Source: a virus
Taxonomy: Duplodnaviria; Caudoviricetes
DNA: 64,000 nt
Virus record (IMG/VR): IMGVR_UViG_3300032320_001447
Coordinates: 1-64,000 of that record
Strand: one strand, 5' to 3'
Shown: piece after piece, positions 58,784 through 64,000 of the stretch
Layout: every line of letters begins with the position of its first letter
Position numbering within the stretch: position 1 is the stretch's first letter
Notes under the pieces: model-generated
What the model was told of the DNA's origin: nothing
Database searches by the model: none
What the model saw: only the letters and a program-made list of their open reading frames with translations
Translations under genes and position numbers: made by a program

Positions 58784-58810
58784 ATAAGTTTGCTATAAAT
58801 AAATATAGAC

Positions 58811-59032
58811 TTAATCTGATAATGTGGAATAGTACTCTTGAAGTTTGAGTACTAGGTTGTAAACGTACTCTACTTGATCGCCCTTAAAAGTTGAAACTTG
58901 AATCATACTAAGCATGGCCTCTATTTCAGGCCTGCTTAATTGTAATCCTAGGCTTTGATTAATATTCGCAATTTGTTGCACTGCGTTAGTACTTGTAGAT
59001 TTCCCGTTTTTAGTAGAGAATGAGAATCCCAT
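58811..59032 (-). CDS. Small hypothetical protein
   Basis: Start likely MGFSF; STFKGDQVEYVYNLVLKLQ. Confidence 0.65.
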   Translation of the reverse strand: MGFSFSTKNGKSTSTNAVQQIANINQSLGLQLSRPEIEAMLSMIQVSTFKGDQVEYVYNLVLKLQEYYSTLSD

Positions 59033-59049
59033 AACTTTTAAAAATTTTA

Positions 59050-60024
59050 TTATGCCCAAATGAAAATGTCAGATGTAGTTGAGTTCACCCACATGTTACC
59101 CAATCCGTTTGTTGTACCACCCCAAGTTGGAGGAGTTGCGTTAGACGGGTTACCAGCGTTTATTTTTGTTGATACCATGTATTCGTCTGCCGCAACCGCA
59201 GAAGAGCTAGCGTGAACGTTGTAGGCTACCGCAAAACGACCGTAAACTCCTGCTGATGCTGCTTCAATGAAGAAAGCAGATCCTGATGCTCCACCTGCCG
59301 CTGTTGAACTTGCGACAATGAAACCACCGTCTGTCAATGAATTCGATCCAGAAGCCAATATAAGGAATTTATCGGCTATTAATACGTTTTCAGTATTTTG
59401 GAAGCTAGCTGTACCTGCAACTGTTAAGTCTCCAGTTACAACTAAGTTTTGATTGAATGTTGAGTTACCAGTTACATTAATACCTCCTGCTTGAACTGTT
59501 AAACCAGAAGTAGCTCCTGATCCAACGGTTACCAATGTACCGTTATCCGTAATGTTTGAGTTAGAAAAACCAGCGCCTGTCCACTTAGTAAGCAAATTCG
59601 TACTTAAAGCTGCGGCTCCTGAAACTGCTACCGTTGCTGAAGTACTACCTGAATATGTGAAAGGAACGATACCTGCGCCTTGACTTAAAGGAGACATACC
59701 TCCTATTATAGATCCAGAGAAAGATCCAGTAAAGCTACCGTTTAAATTAGCCGAGCCTGAAAAACTGCCTGTAAATTGACCTGATAAGTTTGCAGTTCCA
59801 AAGTGCGATCCTGAAAAACTTCCTGTAAAATCTCCGTAATGAGATCCAGAAAAACTACCAGTTAAAAAGGTTCCAGCTCTAGAGGAAGATATTTGTTGAG
59901 TTATGACTCCTGCTGCAGTGCTTACAGCAATAGAACCACTTACTCTTAAGGCGTTATCTATGTTAACATTCGCTAGTTCGGCTGAGGAACCACTAACAAT
60001 GACTTTTCTCCAACTTGCTGGCAT
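59050..60024 (-). CDS. Fibre-family structural protein
   Basis: N-terminus MPASWRKVIVSGS shared with the 1771-aa fibre; GSFSGS repeats. Confidence 0.7.
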   Translation of the reverse strand: MPASWRKVIVSGSSAELANVNIDNALRVSGSIAVSTAAGVITQQISSSRAGTFLTGSFSGSHYGDFTGSFSGSHFGTANLSGQFTGSFSGSANLNGSFTGSFSGSIIGGMSPLSQGAGIVPFTYSGSTSATVAVSGAAALSTNLLTKWTGAGFSNSNITDNGTLVTVGSGATSGLTVQAGGINVTGNSTFNQNLVVTGDLTVAGTASFQNTENVLIADKFLILASGSNSLTDGGFIVASSTAAGGASGSAFFIEAASAGVYGRFAVAYNVHASSSAVAADEYMVSTKINAGNPSNATPPTWGGTTNGLGNMWVNSTTSDIFIWA

Positions 60025-60063
60025 ATGTTTATGTTTTTATATGTACTTATAAATATCGTAATG

Positions 60064-60543
60064 TTAACTAAAAGTAGTCTGATCCAATCCAATATACATA
60101 GATTGACTGGTAAAATACATACCGCCGTACTCCGCAATTGGAACGTAACCGCTTTCGAACACTTTATTTTCTACAACACCTTCATTGTTTATTTTGAAAA
60201 CATTTTTACTACCGCTTGTTATTAAGAAAAAGTGAGGAACAGATCCAGTGGCATTTATTGTAGCGCTTCCACTGTTACTTAAACTAAAAAGTGTGCTACT
60301 AGCCGAGATTATTATGAATGCTATAGAACCCACGTTGACGCTGGCAGATATACTTCCTGTGGCTATTCTCGAAAGGTTTAAATCAACGATATGGCTCGCA
60401 GAAATGTTAGTTAATCCGCTACCGTCTCCAAAAAAAGATCCGCTAAAAGAACCTGATCCTACACCAATAAAAGAACCACTAAGAGATCCAGTAAAGGAAC
60501 CCGATAAAGGAAATTTTAGCTGTTTATTATTAAATTGCGCCAT
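60064..60543 (-). CDS. Short fibre-family structural protein
   Basis: SGSFTGS and GDGSGLTNI motifs. Confidence 0.65.
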   Translation of the reverse strand: MAQFNNKQLKFPLSGSFTGSLSGSFIGVGSGSFSGSFFGDGSGLTNISASHIVDLNLSRIATGSISASVNVGSIAFIIISASSTLFSLSNSGSATINATGSVPHFFLITSGSKNVFKINNEGVVENKVFESGYVPIAEYGGMYFTSQSMYIGLDQTTFS

Positions 60544-60545
60544 TA

Positions 60546-61799
60546 TTAATTAAATTTACCTACTCCAACTATAATATCTGTTGCTTCTATACTATAACCT
60601 AATTGGGCCACATTCAAAGTTAAAGTTGAATAAGATCCATTGTTTACAAAACTTGTAATCGCCGCTGGCTCTACAAATTGACCATTTATAAAGAAAGTAA
60701 AATTCTCTGAAGTAAGACTTGGAGCTCCGGATGGAGGTATAGCCCAACCCAATCCAAAAATAACCGTATTCGAAGAGGTAAACGTTCCTGTAACCTCTTT
60801 TTGAGAGCTTAAGTAAGACAATATTGCCGGATCCAAGCCTCCGTTATTTATTTGTATAACTGTATTATTTCCATCAGATGCAAGAACATTGGCGAGTTTC
60901 TTAGCTGCCGGTTTCTTCGTATTAGCAGAGAATTGCTCTGCGCTATCCGATGTTTCAAGACCAAATAGTATCTGAGATGCCCCATAATATCTATTTGCGT
61001 TTGCCAGTTTTTTGTTGACACTGTCTGGTATTAAATATCCACTCAAAGTTAAGGTAAAAGAAGTCTTTATTGCTCTATCCTCTCCAATGTCGTAAGTTAT
61101 GCTGTCACTAAAAGTCTCTATTTGACTGTAAAATTGAAACTTATTAGGATCTCCCCAATAAGATCTTGAAGAAAAGTTTAAAGATTCAATCAATTTATCC
61201 ATCTGTTCAACTGAGTAAGTCCAAAGTAAGCATTCGAATTCTACAGTTACATAATCAGGAGTAACTGAAACTACATATTCTTTTTCAAGACTTCTATTGG
61301 TTAGTACGGCGAAGTTACCATAGTTGTTTCTTTGATTATATCTCTTCTCAAAAAGTTGAACGTTTCTTGAAACATTTCCGTCTATTTTGTTACCTAAATT
61401 TCTATTTGGAGTTGTCGTAGTTCTTTTGTACATTATTAATGGAGCTTGAAGCTTTCCATTTTTATCTCTGTAATATCCATCTCTTTGAATGCCTTTCCAA
61501 TTCTCAGGAGTTCCATAAATTACTGGAATTGTGATCTTATTATTGTTTTGTATTACGTAAAGTCTAAGAATATCGTTAAAGTAATAAGACACCGCGTCAG
61601 TTAAATCCTGCATGCCAATGTAAAAGTCTTTGTCTGTATCGCCTTTTACACTTATCTGTCTTGCTCTATTATTTTCTGGCTGACCTAGTTTAGCTGGATC
61701 TGAAAAAACACTGTTTGGATTACCCACTTGTTGATCGTAGGGAACTATCAACTTATTCATGAACTCTCTTCTATTTTCGGGTCTTACTACTTGATTCAT
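60546..61799 (-). CDS. Tail terminator/sheath stabiliser (gp15-like) with C-terminal extension
   Basis: IPVIYG.PENWK, PDYV, EQMDKLIE motifs; follows neck genes. Confidence 0.6.
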   Translation of the reverse strand: MNQVVRPENRREFMNKLIVPYDQQVGNPNSVFSDPAKLGQPENNRARQISVKGDTDKDFYIGMQDLTDAVSYYFNDILRLYVIQNNNKITIPVIYGTPENWKGIQRDGYYRDKNGKLQAPLIMYKRTTTTPNRNLGNKIDGNVSRNVQLFEKRYNQRNNYGNFAVLTNRSLEKEYVVSVTPDYVTVEFECLLWTYSVEQMDKLIESLNFSSRSYWGDPNKFQFYSQIETFSDSITYDIGEDRAIKTSFTLTLSGYLIPDSVNKKLANANRYYGASQILFGLETSDSAEQFSANTKKPAAKKLANVLASDGNNTVIQINNGGLDPAILSYLSSQKEVTGTFTSSNTVIFGLGWAIPPSGAPSLTSENFTFFINGQFVEPAAITSFVNNGSYSTLTLNVAQLGYSIEATDIIVGVGKFN

Positions 61800-62290
61800 T
61801 ATAAGCGTTGTTTTTCAATACCAAGCTTATCAGCGCTTGTATAGTGAGTTGTTAATATTATAGAAAACGAACTACCAAAATTTTCTAATCCACTAGAGTA
61901 GGCATAACTATTATCTTTACCTAAAACTAATTGATTCTCATTAACGTTATCAACTTCGTAATATAGTTCGTTGTACATAATTACGTCTCCAATTTCTGGT
62001 ACTACATTAGCATCAACTAAGTGATCTCTTAAAAATCTGTAAGTAACTGGTCTTTGTACGTCTAGACTTTGCTCTAATGTAGAAGTGCTAAAATCGCCCC
62101 TTTCTATTAAACAGTTAATTAACACAGGTCCTATATAATACCTGCTTGCGCCTTCTCCATAAGCGTTTATCGTTGTATCGTTTAACATATACTTGTAATA
62201 ACCCACTTGTTGAGAAATTACATTTTCCAACAACTCTCTTGCGATACCTTTGAAGGTGCTCACATCTCTAGAAGATCCAAATAGTGCCAT
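61799..62290 (-). CDS. Head closure / neck protein (gp14-like)
   Basis: NAYGE, PEIGDVI....YYEVDNV. Confidence 0.65.
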   Translation of the reverse strand: MALFGSSRDVSTFKGIARELLENVISQQVGYYKYMLNDTTINAYGEGASRYYIGPVLINCLIERGDFSTSTLEQSLDVQRPVTYRFLRDHLVDANVVPEIGDVIMYNELYYEVDNVNENQLVLGKDNSYAYSSGLENFGSSFSIILTTHYTSADKLGIEKQRL

Positions 62291-62291
62291 A

Positions 62292-63458
62292 TTATCCTAA
62301 GTAAACCATCATAGGTACTTCACTTAAAGTACTCGAGATGGATTGGTTTTCTGATTGTTTTCTTTCTAATTGTGCTCTGCGACTCATGTCTTCAAAATCT
62401 TGACGAAGTCTTTCACGTAAAGAGGCTTGTTGTGCTTGACCTTTAGAAATTAAGTCAGCGCCATTCAATGTTACCTCAGAACCTGGTGCAGGAACTTGAG
62501 TGTATTTACCTCTAATTAAACCTAAAAGCTCAGAAGCTAAAGCCAAAGTGTATTCAAATATCCACTGTTTACCAGGCTGATTTATTTGAACGTACGTAAT
62601 TGTGCCGTAAGGAACATTTGAAGGATTTGTAACCAAGCTTTTATTGTTTCCATAAGGGCTATTCTTTGTAGGATCAGAAAAGTCCGACTTCTTGGAATAC
62701 TTGATCCAAAGAACCATATCATCAGTCTCAGGTCTTGGTAATACAGTAAGTTTATTATTAGTTACTTCAAAAGAGAAAAAAGATCTTCTAACCTGATTCG
62801 ACATTTCTATCTCTTGAATTCTTTGAATGTCCCAATAAACCGGGAATAGAGTAAAATTTAAACCTGGGGAATAGCTCGCCCATCCAAAGTTTTCTGTTGC
62901 GCCTTGATAGTTAATAGATCCTCCAATGTATGGATCGTAAAACTGGTTTACTGCTGGATTTCCTTTATAAGAAACCTCCTGAATAACAATTCTGTCGCTT
63001 CCGCTAATGTGGCCATTGTCTACAGCCCATTTTTGCATATCGTAAACTTGAGTGCCCGATATTAAAGATATAGATCCAGAGTAATATTCTATTGTACCAC
63101 CAATTCCAACTTGCGCTCCGTAGTTATCAGCAATGGTAACTATAGAGTTCAAAGAAGGTACAACTACAGTATTATTTAATTGAGAACCTGTTGGAGCTCC
63201 TTCTAAACCTAGATAGTTGTCCTTTATTTTAGATTGGTAAAGCTCTTCAGAGTATACGGACACGGCCTCTTCGAAACAAGCGTATATGTTTAGGTCTTGC
63301 AATTCTACGTCCATAACTGGATATCCCAGCTTTCTAGCGCAGTAATTAGCTACTTTTGGTCCGTCAGTCTGAAATTGAGGATCTGAATCGTAATAACCAA
63401 ACGGTGTATTTCCTGATATTGCAATAGGTGTGCCGTCGTATATTGATGGATTTGCCAT
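62292..63458 (-). CDS. Neck protein (gp13-like)
   Basis: RKLGYPVMDVEL, WIFEYTLAL..E.LG.IRGKY, TLNGADL. Confidence 0.8.
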   Translation of the reverse strand: MANPSIYDGTPIAISGNTPFGYYDSDPQFQTDGPKVANYCARKLGYPVMDVELQDLNIYACFEEAVSVYSEELYQSKIKDNYLGLEGAPTGSQLNNTVVVPSLNSIVTIADNYGAQVGIGGTIEYYSGSISLISGTQVYDMQKWAVDNGHISGSDRIVIQEVSYKGNPAVNQFYDPYIGGSINYQGATENFGWASYSPGLNFTLFPVYWDIQRIQEIEMSNQVRRSFFSFEVTNNKLTVLPRPETDDMVLWIKYSKKSDFSDPTKNSPYGNNKSLVTNPSNVPYGTITYVQINQPGKQWIFEYTLALASELLGLIRGKYTQVPAPGSEVTLNGADLISKGQAQQASLRERLRQDFEDMSRRAQLERKQSENQSISSTLSEVPMMVYLG

Positions 63459-63512
63459 TAAATGCTTTCAAATAAATATTTACGTAATGGGTAAAACCCC
63501 AATAAGCAAAAA

Positions 63513-64000
63513 CTATTCGTGAGCCTTGTATATTTCCAAGATATTTTCTACTATTGGGTCCCTATGATTGGTCTTTAAAGCAACCACTTCGAATCCTGGC
63601 ACTTCTTTGAAATTTGTACATATAAAATGGAAACCGCTCATTTTTCTGTCTTTAAGATCAATTTGAGCTGCGTCTCCACAAACAATCATTTTAGTTCCAA
63701 CGCATATTCTACCCAATAAAAGCTCCATCTGTCTGTTGGTTATGTTTTGAGCTTCGTCTACTACAACTAAACAGTTGCTTAAATTACGCCCTCTCATAAA
63801 CGCCAATGGAATTACTTCTATGCGACCATCTATTAATTCCTTGTCTATTTTTTCTTTGTTGTAAAGCCTATACATGTTGTCGTATATGGCCGCGGTGTAA
63901 GGTGCTAGTTTGTCTTCTTTGGTGCCAGGTAAAAAACCTATGTCCTCTCCAGAAGTTACAGCTGGTCTGGTTAAAATAATTCTGTCTATCTCTTTCCTAA
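63513..64000 (-). CDS. phoH: PhoH-like ATPase, 5' end outside window
   Basis: Frame open to window edge: IILTRPAV..GEDIGFLPG..EDKLAPY, PLAFMRGR, DEAQN, GDAAQIDL, HR. Confidence 0.93.
   Translation of the reverse strand, partial: RKEIDRIILTRPAVTSGEDIGFLPGTKEDKLAPYTAAIYDNMYRLYNKEKIDKELIDGRIEVIPLAFMRGRNLSNCLVVVDEAQNITNRQMELLLGRICVGTKMIVCGDAAQIDLKDRKMSGFHFICTNFKEVPGFEVVALKTNHRDPIVENILEIYKAHE

Noticed and set aside
27208-60056. T4-type TATAAATA late promoters driving plus-strand transcription
   Set aside because: No credible plus-strand genes; motif position fits the reverse orientation, upstream of minus-strand starts
1-64000. Stop-codon reassignment (TAG or TGA recoding)
   Set aside because: Conserved genes are full length in the standard code, and TAG and TGA both end genes at expected positions
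1-64000. tRNA or rRNA genes
   Set aside because: No cloverleaf or T-loop signature seen in the short intergenic gaps

Overview
64 kb of a large, AT-rich dsDNA myophage genome (contractile tail, T4-superfamily-like gene set). All real genes are on the minus strand and read in the standard code. Promoter-like TAnnTTT(G/A) boxes and the near absence of Shine-Dalgarno sequences point to a Bacteroidota host (inference). In transcription order (right to left): PhoH; neck/head-closure/tail-terminator genes; a ~28 kb fibre/adhesin island (two giant Ser/Thr/Gly-rich fibres, a ~1000-aa structural protein, an S74-chaperone fibre, a mucin-like TPS-repeat protein and nine paralogous LamG/ConA-like proteins in three groups of three); sheath, tube, assembly chaperones, tape measure and baseplate; a replication block (short thumb-less PolA-like protein, gp32-like SSB, RecA/UvsX, 5'-3' exonuclease, DnaB, class II RNR, full-length PolA); an Hsp20/GroES/GroEL operon; and the start of a likely nucleotide/DNA-modification cluster (SGNH-like protein, PLP enzyme, DUF6378-like protein, dUTPase). 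The most notable features not explained by the ORFs: (1) a GC-rich inverted repeat bracketing hsp20 that can pair the mRNA 5' end with the start region of the downstream groES/groEL unit; (2) a GGAAA..GAA-loop hairpin with different but pairing stems, 8 nt before both M(A/P)NEF fibre genes; (3) a multi-stem, possibly pseudoknotted leader RNA before the 1771-aa fibre; (4) a 20-nt-phased leader before nrdJ; (5) a probable +1/-2 programmed frameshift in the tail assembly chaperone pair; (6) a recurrent ATATTTAT putative late promoter (16 intergenic copies). Family calls come from motif recognition by eye; no database searches were run.
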